DNA of 64,000 nucleotides from NCBI RefSeq assembly GCF_058153355.1, contig NZ_CM177019.1; one strand, 5' to 3'. Shown piece by piece: positions 52,076 to 64,000 of this stretch (position 1 is its first letter; each line of letters starts with the position of its first letter). The notes under the pieces were generated by a model. It saw only the letters and a program-made list of their open reading frames with translations, ran no database searches and was not told where the DNA came from. The position numbers and the translations under genes were made by a program.

Positions 52076-52110
52076 TTATTTTCTTTACTTAAAACAAGGA
52101 AGCAGTGAAC

Positions 52111-52752
52111 GTGGCAAAGAATTACTATGACATCACCCTCGCCCTGGCCGGTATTTGTCAGTCGGCACGCCTGGTGCAACAACTCGCTCACCAGGGGCAT
52201 TGTGATGCCGATGCGCTACACGTCTCACTCAACAGTATTATTGATATGAACCCCAGCTCGACGCTGGCGGTTTTTGGCGGCAGCGAAGCCAACCTGCGCG
52301 TCGGGCTGGAAACATTGCTCGGCGTGCTCAATGCCAGCAGTCGCCAGGGCTTAAACGCTGAGTTAACCCGCTACACACTCAGCCTGATGGTGCTTGAGCG
52401 CAAACTCTCCTCAGCGAAAGGCGCGCTCGACACTCTGGGCAACCGGATCAACGGCCTGCAACGCCAGCTCGAACACTTCGATTTACAGTCCGAAACGCTG
52501 ATGAGCGCGATGGCTGCTATCTATGTTGATGTGATTAGCCCGCTTGGCCCACGCATTCAGGTCACCGGTTCCCCTGCTGTACTGCAAAGTCCACAGGTAC
52601 AGGCGAAAGTCCGCGCTACCCTGCTGGCAGGCATTCGCGCCGCCGTGCTCTGGCACCAGGTCGGCGGCGGACGTCTGCAACTGATGTTTTCTCGTAATCG
52701 CCTGACCACTCAGGCAAAACAAATTCTTGCTCATTTAACCCCGGAGTTGTGA
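52111..52752 (+). CDS. hflD: High-frequency lysogenisation protein HflD
   Basis: 213-aa product (GTG start) [23 protein letters not shown].... Confidence 0.9.
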   Translation: MAKNYYDITLALAGICQSARLVQQLAHQGHCDADALHVSLNSIIDMNPSSTLAVFGGSEANLRVGLETLLGVLNASSRQGLNAELTRYTLSLMVLERKLSSAKGALDTLGNRINGLQRQLEHFDLQSETLMSAMAAIYVDVISPLGPRIQVTGSPAVLQSPQVQAKVRATLLAGIRAAVLWHQVGGGRLQLMFSRNRLTTQAKQILAHLTPEL

Positions 52753-54126
<1,374 letters not shown>

Positions 54127-54217
54127 GCCTCAAATCAGTGCCGGATGGCGATGCTGTCCGGCCTGCTTATTAAGATTATCCGCTTTTTATTTTTTCTCTT
54201 TACCTCCCCTCCCCGCT

Positions 54218-54235
54218 GGTTTATTTAATGTTTAC
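54218..54235 (+). promoter_or_regulatory. PhoP box in the phoPQ promoter
   Basis: Direct repeat GGTTTA-tttaa-TGTTTA about 60 bp upstream of the phoP start, matching the (T/G)GTTTA-N5-(T/G)GTTTA consensus. Confidence 0.75.
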
Positions 54236-54294
54236 CCCCATAACGACATAATCGCGTTACACTATTTTAATAATTAAAACAGGGAGAATGAAAA

Positions 54295-54966
54295 ATGCGC
54301 GTACTGGTTGTTGAAGACAATGCGTTGTTACGTCACCATCTTAAAGTTCAGATTCAGGATGCTGGTCATCAGGTCGATGACGCAGAAGATGCCAAAGAAG
54401 CCGATTATTATCTCAATGAGCATTTACCGGATATTGCGATTGTCGATCTCGGTTTGCCTGACGAGGACGGTCTGTCATTGATTCGCCGCTGGCGTAGCAA
54501 TGATGTTTCACTGCCGATTCTGGTATTAACCGCCCGTGAAAGCTGGCAGGACAAAGTCGAAGTATTAAGTGCCGGTGCTGATGATTACGTGACTAAACCG
54601 TTTCATATTGAAGAGGTGATGGCGCGAATGCAGGCATTAATGCGGCGTAATAGCGGTCTGGCTTCCCAGGTCATTTCGCTACCACCGTTTCAGGTTGATC
54701 TCTCCCGCCGTGAATTATCTATTAATGACGAAGTGATCAAACTGACCGCGTTCGAATACACCATTATGGAAACGTTGATACGCAATAATGGCAAAGTGGT
54801 CAGCAAAGATTCGTTAATGCTACAACTCTACCCGGATGCGGAGCTGCGGGAAAGCCATACCATTGATGTACTGATGGGACGTCTGCGCAAAAAAATTCAG
54901 GCACAATATCCGCAAGAAGTGATTACCACCGTTCGCGGCCAGGGCTATCTGTTCGAATTGCGCTGA
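54295..54966 (+). CDS. phoP: Mg2+-responsive response regulator PhoP
   Basis: 223-aa product [40 protein letters not shown].... Confidence 0.96.
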   Translation: MRVLVVEDNALLRHHLKVQIQDAGHQVDDAEDAKEADYYLNEHLPDIAIVDLGLPDEDGLSLIRRWRSNDVSLPILVLTARESWQDKVEVLSAGADDYVTKPFHIEEVMARMQALMRRNSGLASQVISLPPFQVDLSRRELSINDEVIKLTAFEYTIMETLIRNNGKVVSKDSLMLQLYPDAELRESHTIDVLMGRLRKKIQAQYPQEVITTVRGQGYLFELR

Positions 54967-56426
54967 TGAAAAAATTACTGCGTCTTTTTTTCCCGCTCTC
55001 GCTGCGGGTACGTTTTCTATTGGCAACGGCAGCGGTTGTACTGGTGCTTTCGCTTGCCTACGGAATGGTTGCGCTGATCGGTTATAGCGTCAGTTTCGAT
55101 AAAACCACGTTTCGGCTGTTACGTGGCGAGAGCAATCTGTTCTATACCCTTGCGAAGTGGGAAAACAATAAGTTGCATGTCGAGTTACCCGAAAATATCG
55201 ACAAGCAAAGCCCCACCATGACGCTAATTTATGATGAGAACGGGCAGCTTTTATGGGCGCAACGTGACGTGCCCTGGCTGATGAAGATGATCCAGCCTGA
55301 CTGGCTGAAATCGAATGGTTTTCATGAAATTGAAGCGGATGTTAACGATACCAGCCTCTTGCTGAGTGGAGATCATTCGATACAGCAACAGTTGCAGGAA
55401 GTGCGGGAAGATGATGACGACGCGGAGATGACCCACTCGGTGGCGGTAAACGTCTACCCGGCAACATCGCGGATGCCAAAGTTAACCATTGTGGTGGTGG
55501 ATACCATTCCGGTGGAGCTAAAAAGTTCCTATATGGTCTGGAGCTGGTTTATCTATGTGCTCTCAGCCAATCTGCTGTTAGTGATCCCGCTGCTGTGGGT
55601 CGCCGCCTGGTGGAGTTTACGCCCCATCGAAGCCCTGGCAAAAGAAGTCCGCGAACTGGAAGAACATAACCGCGAATTGCTCAATCCAGCCACAACGCGA
55701 GAACTGACCAGTCTGGTACGAAACCTGAACCGACTGTTAAAAAGTGAACGCGAACGTTACGACAAATATCGTACGACGCTCACCGACCTGACCCATAGTC
55801 TGAAAACGCCACTGGCGGTGCTGCAAAGTACGCTGCGTTCTCTGCGTAGTGAGAAGATGAGCGTCAGTGATGCTGAGCCGGTGATGCTGGAGCAAATCAG
55901 CCGCATTTCACAGCAAATTGGCTACTACCTGCATCGTGCCAGTATGCGCGGTGGGACATTGCTTAGCCGCGAGCTGCATCCGGTCGCCCCTCTGTTGGAC
56001 AATCTCACCTCGGCGCTGAACAAAGTGTATCAACGCAAAGGGGTCAATATCTCTCTCGATATTTCACCAGAGATCAGCTTTGTTGGTGAGCAGAACGATT
56101 TTGTCGAGGTGATGGGCAACGTGCTGGATAACGCCTGTAAATATTGCCTCGAGTTTGTCGAAATATCTGCAAGGCAAACCGACGAGCATCTCTATATTGT
56201 GGTCGAGGATGATGGCCCCGGTATTCCATTAAGCAAGCGAGAGGTCATTTTCGACCGTGGTCAACGGGTTGATACTTTACGCCCTGGGCAAGGTGTAGGG
56301 CTGGCGGTAGCCCGCGAAATCACCGAGCAGTATGAGGGTAAAATCGTCGCCGGAGAGAGCATGCTGGGCGGTGCGCGGATGGAGGTGATTTTTGGTCGCC
56401 AGCATTCTGCGCCGAAAGATGAATAA
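54966..56426 (+). CDS. phoQ: Sensor histidine kinase PhoQ
   Basis: 486-aa product; start overlaps the phoP stop; two TM segments, HAMP and HisKA/HATPase regions. Confidence 0.96.
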   Translation: MKKLLRLFFPLSLRVRFLLATAAVVLVLSLAYGMVALIGYSVSFDKTTFRLLRGESNLFYTLAKWENNKLHVELPENIDKQSPTMTLIYDENGQLLWAQRDVPWLMKMIQPDWLKSNGFHEIEADVNDTSLLLSGDHSIQQQLQEVREDDDDAEMTHSVAVNVYPATSRMPKLTIVVVDTIPVELKSSYMVWSWFIYVLSANLLLVIPLLWVAAWWSLRPIEALAKEVRELEEHNRELLNPATTRELTSLVRNLNRLLKSERERYDKYRTTLTDLTHSLKTPLAVLQSTLRSLRSEKMSVSDAEPVMLEQISRISQQIGYYLHRASMRGGTLLSRELHPVAPLLDNLTSALNKVYQRKGVNISLDISPEISFVGEQNDFVEVMGNVLDNACKYCLEFVEISARQTDEHLYIVVEDDGPGIPLSKREVIFDRGQRVDTLRPGQGVGLAVAREITEQYEGKIVAGESMLGGARMEVIFGRQHSAPKDE

Positions 56427-56501
56427 ATATGTCCATACTTCACGCATTACGTTAAGCATCCGTTATAATCGGTTGCAGATACCAGCCTGTGGATGCTTAA
56501 C

Positions 56502-57623
56502 ATGGAATACCAACTCACTCTTAACTGGCCCGATTTTCTTGAACGTCACTGGCAGAAACGCCCGGTGGTGTTAAAACGCGGCTTTAATAATTTTATTGAC
56601 CCGATCTCTCCAGACGAGTTGGCGGGTCTGGCGATGGAAAGCGAAGTCGACAGTCGACTGGTCAGTCACCAGGATGGCAAATGGCAGGTCAGCCACGGCC
56701 CGTTCGAAAGCTACGATCATCTCGGTGAAACCAACTGGTCGTTACTGGTACAGGCAGTGAACCACTGGCATGAGCCGACCGCCGCGCTGATGCGGCCGTT
56801 CCGTGAACTACCGGACTGGCGTATTGATGACCTGATGATCTCTTTTTCCGTACCTGGCGGCGGCGTCGGCCCACATCTCGATCAGTACGACGTGTTTATC
56901 ATTCAGGGTACCGGACGTCGTCGCTGGCGAGTGGGCGAAAAGCTACAAATGAAACAGCACTGCCCGCACCCGGATCTGTTACAGGTCGATCCGTTCGAAG
57001 CCATCATCGATGAAGAGCTGGAGCTTGGCGATATCCTTTATATTCCGCCAGGATTCCCGCATGAAGGCTACGCGCTGGAAAATGCGATGAACTATTCCGT
57101 GGGTTTTCGCGCGCCAAATACGCGGGAACTGATTAGCGGATTTGCCGATTATGTGCTGCAACGTGAACTGGGCGGCAACTACTACAGCGATCCTGATGTT
57201 CCACCTCGCGCTCATCCTGCGGACGTTCTGCCGCAAGAGATGGATAAACTGCGTGAGATGATGCTCGAATTGATCAACCAGCCGGAACACTTTAAGCAAT
57301 GGTTTGGCGAGTTTATATCCCAGTCACGTCATGAACTGGATATCGCGCCGCCGGAGCCGCCTTATCAGCCGGATGAAATCTACGATGCGCTGAAACAAGG
57401 TGATGTGCTGGTGCGCCTGGGTGGTCTGCGCGTATTGCGCATTGGCGACGACGTGTATGCCAATGGTGAGAAGATCGATTCCCCGCACCGTCCGGCACTG
57501 GATGCGCTCGCCAGCAACATTGCGCTGACCGCGGAGAATTTTGGCGATGCGCTGGAAGATCCGTCATTCCTCGCGATGCTCGCGGCGCTGGTCAATAGCG
57601 GATACTGGTTCTTCGAAGGGTAA
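56502..57623 (+). CDS. roxA: Ribosomal protein uL16 arginine hydroxylase RoxA (YcfD), JmjC/cupin family
   Basis: 373-aa product MEYQLTLNWPDFLERHWQKRPVVLKRGF.... Confidence 0.9.
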   Translation: MEYQLTLNWPDFLERHWQKRPVVLKRGFNNFIDPISPDELAGLAMESEVDSRLVSHQDGKWQVSHGPFESYDHLGETNWSLLVQAVNHWHEPTAALMRPFRELPDWRIDDLMISFSVPGGGVGPHLDQYDVFIIQGTGRRRWRVGEKLQMKQHCPHPDLLQVDPFEAIIDEELELGDILYIPPGFPHEGYALENAMNYSVGFRAPNTRELISGFADYVLQRELGGNYYSDPDVPPRAHPADVLPQEMDKLREMMLELINQPEHFKQWFGEFISQSRHELDIAPPEPPYQPDEIYDALKQGDVLVRLGGLRVLRIGDDVYANGEKIDSPHRPALDALASNIALTAENFGDALEDPSFLAMLAALVNSGYWFFEG

Positions 57624-57671
57624 GTTTGGATTTAAGCCGGATGCGACATCACATGCCGCATCCCTTTTCGC

Positions 57672-58898
57672 TTACTTCCGTTGCGCCGTTAACTCGGCAA
57701 TACGGACGATCACCTGCACCGCTTTTTCCATACCTTCCAGAGTCACAAATTCATGCTTACCATGGTAGTTGTAACCGCCAGTGAACAGGTTCGGACACGG
57801 TAATCCCATAAACGACAACTGCGCGCCGTCGGTACCACCGCGGATCGGTTTCAGTTCCGGCTCAATATCGCAGTCACGCATCGCCTGCTGAGCGATATCG
57901 AGAATATGCGGATGCTCAACCACTTTCTCGCGCATATTGTAGTAACTGTCTTCAATCACCAGTTCAATGTAGCAATCAGGATGTAACCCTTTGCCCACTT
58001 TTTTGGCGATCTCCATCATTTTACGTTTACGCGCTTCAAACTGTTTACGGTCGAAATCACGAATGATGTAGTGCATATCGGCCCGTTCAACGGTGCCTTT
58101 CATGCTCGCCAGGTGATAGAAACCTTCATAGCCTTCTGTCATTTCCGGGCTTTCATTTGCCGGAACTTCCGCATGAATACGTGCCGCCAGCGAAAGCGCA
58201 TTTACCATCACTCCTTTCGCCGTGCCCGGGTGAACATTGTTACCGACAATTTTGATATTGACCGACGCGGCGTTGAAGTTTTCAAACTCCAGTTCGCCTA
58301 CGCCACCACCATCAACGGTGTAAGCCCAGCGGGCATCGAAGGCGTCAACATCAAAATGTTTCGCCCCTTTACCCACTTCTTCATCCGGGGTAAAGGCGAC
58401 ACGAATATCACCATGCGGAATGTTTTTTTGTTGTAATACCGCCAGCGCGGTCATGATTTCTGCAATACCAGCTTTATCATCGGCACCTAACAAGGTTTTA
58501 CCATCGGTGGTAATCAGCGTCTGACCCAGTAGCTGATGCAGCACCGGGAACATAACCGGTGATAAAACTTCATCGCCGATACCCAGCGCAATATCGCCAC
58601 CACGATAGTTTTCAACAATTTGCGGATTCACATTTTTGCCGCTGCAATCCGGTGAGGTATCCACATGAGAAATAAAGCCAATCGCCGGGATATCGCCAGG
58701 GACGTTAGCCGGTAACGTCGCCATCAAAGTGCCCTTCTCACTTAAGGTCACATTGATAAGCCCCATCTCTTCGAGCTGCTCTTTCAGCAGATGCAATAAC
58801 TTCCATTGGCCTTCCGTGCTGGGAACCTGTCTCACCCCTGCCTTTGATTGGGTATCCAGAGACACGTAGTTCAAAAATCGCTCAAGTAGTTTATCCAT
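57672..58898 (-). CDS. pepT: Peptidase T (tripeptide aminopeptidase)
   Basis: 408-aa product [35 protein letters not shown]...; track ORF has a 14-codon upstream extension. Confidence 0.94.
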   Translation of the reverse strand: MDKLLERFLNYVSLDTQSKAGVRQVPSTEGQWKLLHLLKEQLEEMGLINVTLSEKGTLMATLPANVPGDIPAIGFISHVDTSPDCSGKNVNPQIVENYRGGDIALGIGDEVLSPVMFPVLHQLLGQTLITTDGKTLLGADDKAGIAEIMTALAVLQQKNIPHGDIRVAFTPDEEVGKGAKHFDVDAFDARWAYTVDGGGVGELEFENFNAASVNIKIVGNNVHPGTAKGVMVNALSLAARIHAEVPANESPEMTEGYEGFYHLASMKGTVERADMHYIIRDFDRKQFEARKRKMMEIAKKVGKGLHPDCYIELVIEDSYYNMREKVVEHPHILDIAQQAMRDCDIEPELKPIRGGTDGAQLSFMGLPCPNLFTGGYNYHGKHEFVTLEGMEKAVQVIVRIAELTAQRK

Positions 58899-59147
58899 GT
58901 AGTCACCCTCACTTTTTGTGACAACATTATTAAGAAGCAAGAAAAGACAAATATTGCGTCAGGTCACTTTTACCCCTGCAAGCGGGAATATTTATCAGCA
59001 TTACCTTAATGAATATAAAGCTAAGCCAGTAATTCACAACAAAGATTGGCGATTCAAGCGGTTTGCCGTAGAATTACCGCCCTCATTAAGAGTCACCAAG
59101 GTGGTTAACCACAAACCCCGCATCGGTAAGCCATCCGTTGCGTTTAC

Positions 59148-60284
59148 ATGGGACAGAGTAAAAAATTGAATAAACAACCGAGTTCGCTTTCACCGCTGGT
59201 GCAATTGGCGGGAATTCGCAAATGCTTTGATGGTAAAGAGGTCATTCCCCAGCTGGATCTGACTATCAATAATGGCGAGTTCCTCACGCTGCTTGGCCCT
59301 TCTGGCTGCGGTAAAACAACCGTTCTTCGCCTGATCGCAGGTCTGGAAACTGTTGATTCCGGACGCATCATGCTGGATAACGAGGACATCACCCACGTTC
59401 CGGCTGAAAACCGCTATGTGAACACTGTTTTCCAAAGCTACGCACTTTTCCCCCACATGACCGTGTTCGAAAATGTGGCCTTTGGGTTGCGCATGCAAAA
59501 AACCCCCGCAGCTGAAATTACGCCCCGCGTGATGGAAGCCCTGCGGATGGTGCAGCTGGAAACCTTCGCTCAACGCAAACCGCATCAGCTCTCTGGCGGT
59601 CAACAGCAACGCGTTGCCATTGCCCGCGCGGTGGTTAACAAGCCTCGTCTGTTGTTGCTGGATGAGTCGCTCTCAGCGCTGGATTACAAACTGCGCAAGC
59701 AAATGCAGAACGAGCTGAAAGCGTTACAGCGTAAGCTTGGCATTACATTCGTGTTCGTAACTCACGACCAGGAAGAAGCACTTACCATGTCGGACAGGAT
59801 TGTGGTGATGCGCGATGGTCGCATTGAGCAAGACGGCACGCCGCGTGAAATCTACGAAGAGCCGAAAAACCTGTTTGTTGCTGGGTTTATCGGTGAAATC
59901 AATATGTTTAATGCCACGGTCATCGAACGTCTCGACGAGCAGCGCGTACGCGCCAACGTTGAAGGCCGCGAATGTAATATCTACGTTAACTTCGCCGTTG
60001 AGCCAGGGCAAAAACTGCATGTTCTGCTACGTCCTGAAGACTTACGCGTTGAAGAGATTAACGACGATAACCACGCTGAAGGCCTGATTGGTTATGTTCG
60101 CGAGCGTAACTACAAAGGCATGACGCTGGAGTCGGTTGTTGAACTGGAAAATGGCAAGATGGTGATGGTCAGCGAATTCTTCAATGAAGACGATCCTGAC
60201 TTTGACCACTCTCTCGACCAAAAAATGGCCATTAATTGGGTAGAAAGCTGGGAGGTCGTACTGGCTGATGAAGAACACAAGTAA
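59148..60284 (+). CDS. potA: Spermidine/putrescine ABC transporter ATP-binding protein PotA
   Basis: 378-aa product with Walker [10 protein letters not shown] and signature [14 protein letters not shown]. Confidence 0.95.
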
Positions 60285-60297
60285 GTTCCAGAATGTA

Positions 60298-61125
60298 GTG
60301 ATTGTCACTATTGTCGGTTGGCTTGTGTTGTTTGTCTTTCTGCCCAACCTGATGATCATCGGCACCAGCTTTTTGACCCGCGACGACGCCAGTTTCGTCA
60401 AAATGGTCTTTACGCTGGATAACTACACGCGACTGCTCGATCCGCTTTATTTTGAAGTGCTATTGCACTCGTTGAATATGGCGCTGATCGCCACCCTCGC
60501 CTGCCTGGTGCTGGGCTACCCGTTTGCCTGGTTTCTGGCAAAGCTGCCACACAAGGTGCGTCCGCTGCTGCTGTTTCTGCTGATTGTTCCGTTCTGGACC
60601 AACTCATTGATTCGTATCTATGGGCTGAAAATTTTCCTCAGTACCAAAGGCTATCTCAACGAGTTTTTGCTCTGGCTGGGCGTTATCGATACACCAATTC
60701 GCATCATGTTCACGCCTAGTGCGGTGATTATCGGTCTGGTTTACATTCTGCTGCCGTTTATGGTGATGCCGCTGTACTCCAGTATCGAAAAACTGGATAA
60801 GCCGTTGCTTGAGGCGGCGCGCGATCTCGGTGCCAACAAGTTGCAGACCTTTATCCGTATCATTATCCCACTGACGATGCCGGGGATTATTGCCGGATGT
60901 CTGCTGGTGATGCTGCCAGCGATGGGCCTGTTCTACGTGTCTGACCTGATGGGCGGTGCGAAAAACCTGCTGATTGGTAACGTCATCAAGGTCCAGTTCC
61001 TCAATATTCGTGACTGGCCGTTTGGTGCTGCCACCAGCATTACGCTGACTATCGTAATGGGCCTGATGTTGCTGGTTTACTGGCGCGCTTCTCGTTTGCT
61101 GAATAAGAAGGTGGAACTCGAATGA
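60298..61125 (+). CDS. potB: Spermidine/putrescine ABC transporter permease PotB
   Basis: Track ORF 60268..61125; start moved to the in-frame GTG at 60298 to give a 275-aa product. Alternative start at 60268 cannot be excluded. Confidence 0.9.
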   Translation: MIVTIVGWLVLFVFLPNLMIIGTSFLTRDDASFVKMVFTLDNYTRLLDPLYFEVLLHSLNMALIATLACLVLGYPFAWFLAKLPHKVRPLLLFLLIVPFWTNSLIRIYGLKIFLSTKGYLNEFLLWLGVIDTPIRIMFTPSAVIIGLVYILLPFMVMPLYSSIEKLDKPLLEAARDLGANKLQTFIRIIIPLTMPGIIAGCLLVMLPAMGLFYVSDLMGGAKNLLIGNVIKVQFLNIRDWPFGAATSITLTIVMGLMLLVYWRASRLLNKKVELE

Positions 61126-61916
61126 TCGGTCGACTGCTTCGCGGCGGTTTTATGACCGCTATCTACGCGTACCTGTATATCCCAATCATTATTTTGATTG
61201 TGAACTCCTTTAACAGCTCGCGCTTTGGCATCAACTGGCAGGGTTTTACCACCAAATGGTATAGCCTGCTGATGAACAACGACAGCCTGTTACAGGCAGC
61301 TCAGCATTCTCTGACGATGGCGGTGTTTTCGGCGACGTTTGCTACGCTTATCGGTTCACTGACGGCAGTTGCGCTGTACCGTTATCGCTTTCGTGGTAAG
61401 CCGTTCGTTAGCGGAATGCTGTTTGTGGTGATGATGTCACCAGATATCGTAATGGCGATTTCGCTGCTGGTGCTGTTTATGCTGCTGGGTATTCAGCTTG
61501 GCTTCTGGTCGCTGCTGTTCTCGCATATCACCTTCTGCCTGCCGTTTGTGGTGGTGACGGTGTATTCGCGCCTGAAAGGTTTTGATGTGCGAATGCTGGA
61601 AGCGGCGAAAGATCTCGGTGCCAGCGAATTTACCATTCTGCGAAAAATCATTCTGCCACTGGCAATGCCTGCGGTGGCGGCGGGCTGGGTGTTAAGCTTT
61701 ACCCTGTCGATGGACGATGTAGTAGTTTCTTCGTTCGTCACCGGACCAAGCTATGAAATTCTGCCGTTAAAAATTTATTCGATGGTCAAAGTCGGCGTAT
61801 CGCCGGAAGTTAACGCGCTGGCAACCATATTACTGGTGCTGTCGCTGGTGATGGTAATTGCCAGCCAGCTTATTGCTCGTGATAAAACGAAAGGTAACAC
61901 AGGGGACGTTAAATGA
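61122..61916 (+). CDS. potC: Spermidine/putrescine ABC transporter permease PotC
   Basis: 264-aa polytopic permease; start overlaps the potB stop. Confidence 0.94.
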   Translation: MIGRLLRGGFMTAIYAYLYIPIIILIVNSFNSSRFGINWQGFTTKWYSLLMNNDSLLQAAQHSLTMAVFSATFATLIGSLTAVALYRYRFRGKPFVSGMLFVVMMSPDIVMAISLLVLFMLLGIQLGFWSLLFSHITFCLPFVVVTVYSRLKGFDVRMLEAAKDLGASEFTILRKIILPLAMPAVAAGWVLSFTLSMDDVVVSSFVTGPSYEILPLKIYSMVKVGVSPEVNALATILLVLSLVMVIASQLIARDKTKGNTGDVK

Positions 61917-62959
61917 AAAAATGGTCACGCCACCTGCTCGCGGCGGGTGCTCTGGCACTGGGCATGAGCGCCGCTCACGCCGATGACAACAACACGCTGT
62001 ATTTCTACAACTGGACCGAGTACGTGCCGCCAGGACTGCTTGAACAGTTCACCAAAGAAACCGGTATTAAGGTTATCTATTCGACTTACGAGTCGAACGA
62101 AACCATGTACGCGAAGCTGAAAACGTACAAAGACGGTGCCTATGACCTGGTGGTTCCTTCAACCTATTACGTCGATAAAATGCGTAAAGAAGGGATGATC
62201 CAGAAGATCGATAAGTCGAAGTTAAGCAACTTCAGCAATCTCGATCCAGACATGCTCAACAAGCCGTTTGACCCGAATAACGACTACTCCATTCCGTATA
62301 TCTGGGGGGCGACGGCGATTGGCGTTAACGGTGATGCGGTTGACCCGAAATCTGTCACCAGCTGGGGCGATCTGTGGAAGCCTGAGTACAAAGGCAGCCT
62401 GCTGCTGACCGACGATGCCCGTGAAGTGTTCCAGATGGCGCTGCGCAAACTGGGCTACTCCGGTAACACCACCGATCCGAAAGAGATTGAAGCTGCATAC
62501 AACGAGCTGAAAAAACTGATGCCAAACGTCGCGGCGTTTAACTCCGATAACCCGGCGAACCCGTATATGGAAGGCGAAGTTAACCTCGGCATGATCTGGA
62601 ACGGTTCTGCTTTCGTTGCACGCCAGGCGGGTACGCCAATTGATGTGGTGTGGCCGAAAGAAGGCGGCATTTTCTGGATGGACAGCCTGGCGATCCCGGC
62701 AAATGCTAAAAACAAAGAGGGCGCGCTGAAATTGATCAACTTCCTGCTGCGCCCGGATGTGGCAAAACAGGTTGCTGAAACTATCGGTTATCCAACGCCA
62801 AACCTCGCCGCGCGTAAGCTGTTAAGCCCGGAAATAGCGAACGACAAGACGCTCTACCCGGATGCTGAAACCATTAAAAATGGCGAATGGCAGAATGACG
62901 TTGGCGCAGCCAGCAGCATTTATGAAGAGTATTATCAGAAGCTGAAAGCAGGACGTTAA
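61913..62959 (+). CDS. potD: Spermidine/putrescine periplasmic binding protein PotD
   Basis: 348-aa product with signal peptide MKKWSRHLLAAGALALGMSAAHA. Confidence 0.95.
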   Translation: MKKWSRHLLAAGALALGMSAAHADDNNTLYFYNWTEYVPPGLLEQFTKETGIKVIYSTYESNETMYAKLKTYKDGAYDLVVPSTYYVDKMRKEGMIQKIDKSKLSNFSNLDPDMLNKPFDPNNDYSIPYIWGATAIGVNGDAVDPKSVTSWGDLWKPEYKGSLLLTDDAREVFQMALRKLGYSGNTTDPKEIEAAYNELKKLMPNVAAFNSDNPANPYMEGEVNLGMIWNGSAFVARQAGTPIDVVWPKEGGIFWMDSLAIPANAKNKEGALKLINFLLRPDVAKQVAETIGYPTPNLAARKLLSPEIANDKTLYPDAETIKNGEWQNDVGAASSIYEEYYQKLKAGR

Positions 62960-62966
62960 TTCAGCA

Positions 62967-62997
62967 AGCGGGCGGTGGTATTACCGCCCGTTTTTTC
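62967..62997 (+). terminator. Intrinsic terminator of the potABCD operon
   Basis: Hairpin agcgggcggtggtattaccgcccgt followed by TTTTTT, 8 nt after the potD stop. Confidence 0.8.
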
Positions 62998-63063
62998 ATT
63001 TAGCAAGGATGTGGCTAATGTTGCTGTTATGGACGAGTAAACACTAAAAGAGGCAGTAAATAT

Positions 63064-63098
63064 GCCAGATGCGGCGTCAACGCCTTCTCTGGTCTACG
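63064..63098. repeat. REP-like (repetitive extragenic palindrome) element
   Basis: gccagatgcggcgtcaacgccttctctggtctac resembles the canonical REP unit GCCGGATGCGGCGTGAACGCCTTATCCGGCCTAC. Confidence 0.55.
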
Positions 63099-63099
63099 A

Positions 63100-64000
63100 G
63101 TGCGACAAGAAGTCGTCCAACATATTGTTTTGATAAATTATTTATATAAAACCAACTATTCCATTAGTTGTAGCCTACTGAGGCAGGCAAAGCTGGTAAC
63201 GGCTCTGTCTGAAGCCCTTGGGACAATGTAGCTTAGCAAATATTGCTTCAGTTAATCGTGAGAAAACCTGATCGCTACAAGCATCATGCGGCGAGAGCGC
63301 TAGGCTGGGCGGTATGGTTAACATAGTGAACTGTCGTTAAACGTCGTAACAGAGAACGAGCCAAAGATGCTGATAGGCTTGCACCAAAAGGTAAGGGGTA
63401 AGGCTATTCCTGTTCGTAGTGGGAATACATGGACAATAACTCCCCCGGCGGATAGACAGAACCTAACCCGTTCTTTGTATGTTGGTCGGAACTTGGTAAG
63501 CCCGAATTCTCGCCCTAGTGGCAGGGGCACCGTAAGGCAAACTGATGAGAATGCGGGTAAAGGAGGATGGAAAAAGCGAAAGCCGGACTGTAATCGTGCG
63601 GATAGAGGTTCAATATTTGCCTTAACGGGAAACCGTGCTGACTTCCATCTGGTCTTTAATTGCGAAACATCTGCGAAGGTTTCTTTGGATGACATGTATG
63701 AAAATTACATCTAACAATGTAACTGCGGTCATCAACGGAAAAGGTTGGCATTCCATTAACTGGAAGAAATGCCATCAACACGTTAAAACCATACAGACAA
63801 GAATCGCAAAGGCGGCATGTAACCAGCAATGGCGTACAGTCGGTAGATTGCAACGATTGCTGGTTCGCTCATTCAGCGCCAGAGCACTGGCGGTGAAACG
63901 AGTTACGGAAAATAGCGGGCGTAAAACCCCCGGAGTTGATGGTCAAATCTGGAGTACTCCAGAATCAAAATGGGAAGCGATATTCAAACTCAGGCGAAAA
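63100..64000 (+). mobile_element. Group II intron, 5' portion (ribozyme domains I-IV plus start of the intron-encoded protein); continues beyond window end
   Basis: Begins with GTGCG (group II 5' consensus GUGYG), followed by ~600 nt of structured-looking sequence without a credible ORF, then an ORF whose N-terminus matches group II intron reverse transcriptase/maturase proteins. Confidence 0.7.
63699..64000 (+). CDS. Group II intron-encoded reverse transcriptase/maturase (N-terminal 100 codons; partial)
   Basis: Open frame from ATG 63699 to the window end: MKITSNNVTAVINGKGWHSINWKKCHQHVKTIQTRIAKAACNQQWRTVGRLQRLLVRSFSARALAVKRVTENSGRKTPGVDGQIWSTPESKW...; the motif ALAVKRVTEN-G--TPGVDG is characteristic of the RT-0 region. 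Absent from the track because no stop codon lies in the window. Confidence 0.75.

Noticed and set aside
54127-54200. REP-like palindrome or terminator downstream of purB (gccggatggcgatgctgtccggc)
   Set aside because: A palindrome is present but the following T-tract is interrupted and the match to REP consensus is loose; not confident enough to list as a feature.
63318-63714. 115-aa plus-strand and 125-aa minus-strand ORFs downstream of potD
   Set aside because: They lie in the segment between the group II intron 5' end and the start of the intron-encoded RT, where ribozyme domains I-III are expected; better explained as structured RNA than protein.

Overview
Enterobacterial (Escherichia coli-like) chromosomal window running, in K-12 terms, from the ymgE/ycgR side through emtA-ldcA-cvrA-dadXA-ycgB-fadR-nhaB-dsbB-umuDC-hlyE-ycgNMLKJ-minCDE, the BluR/BluF-ycgZ-ymgA-ariR-ymgC-pdeG cluster, icd, rluE-nudJ-mnmA-hflD-purB-phoPQ-roxA-pepT-potABCD. 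All gene identities are from reading the translated ORFs against remembered protein families; no database search was run. Around this conserved backbone sit several accessory segments: (1) a co-directional six-gene TonB-dependent/ABC uptake operon with an embedded SAM-methyltransferase and a ModD-like gene (1-6137); (2) a YopM/IpaH-type leucine-rich-repeat protein without a ligase domain, inserted between cvrA and dadX; (3) an intact 1601-aa AIDA-like autotransporter; (4) an integrase-less element remnant at the icd 3' end, bracketed by diverged direct copies of the icd terminator region and carrying an AriR-like paralog, iraM, a TrkG-like K+ transporter, a transposase-like scar and a 458-aa protein of unknown family with two tandem homologous modules; (5) the 5' part of a group II intron with its reverse-transcriptase ORF running off the window end, downstream of potD next to a REP-like element. 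A 40-bp direct repeat occurs twice about 10 kb apart. No CRISPR array, rRNA or tRNA was recognised. The most likely candidate for an undescribed system is the 458-aa tandem-module protein in the icd-site remnant, but its function cannot be assigned from sequence alone.
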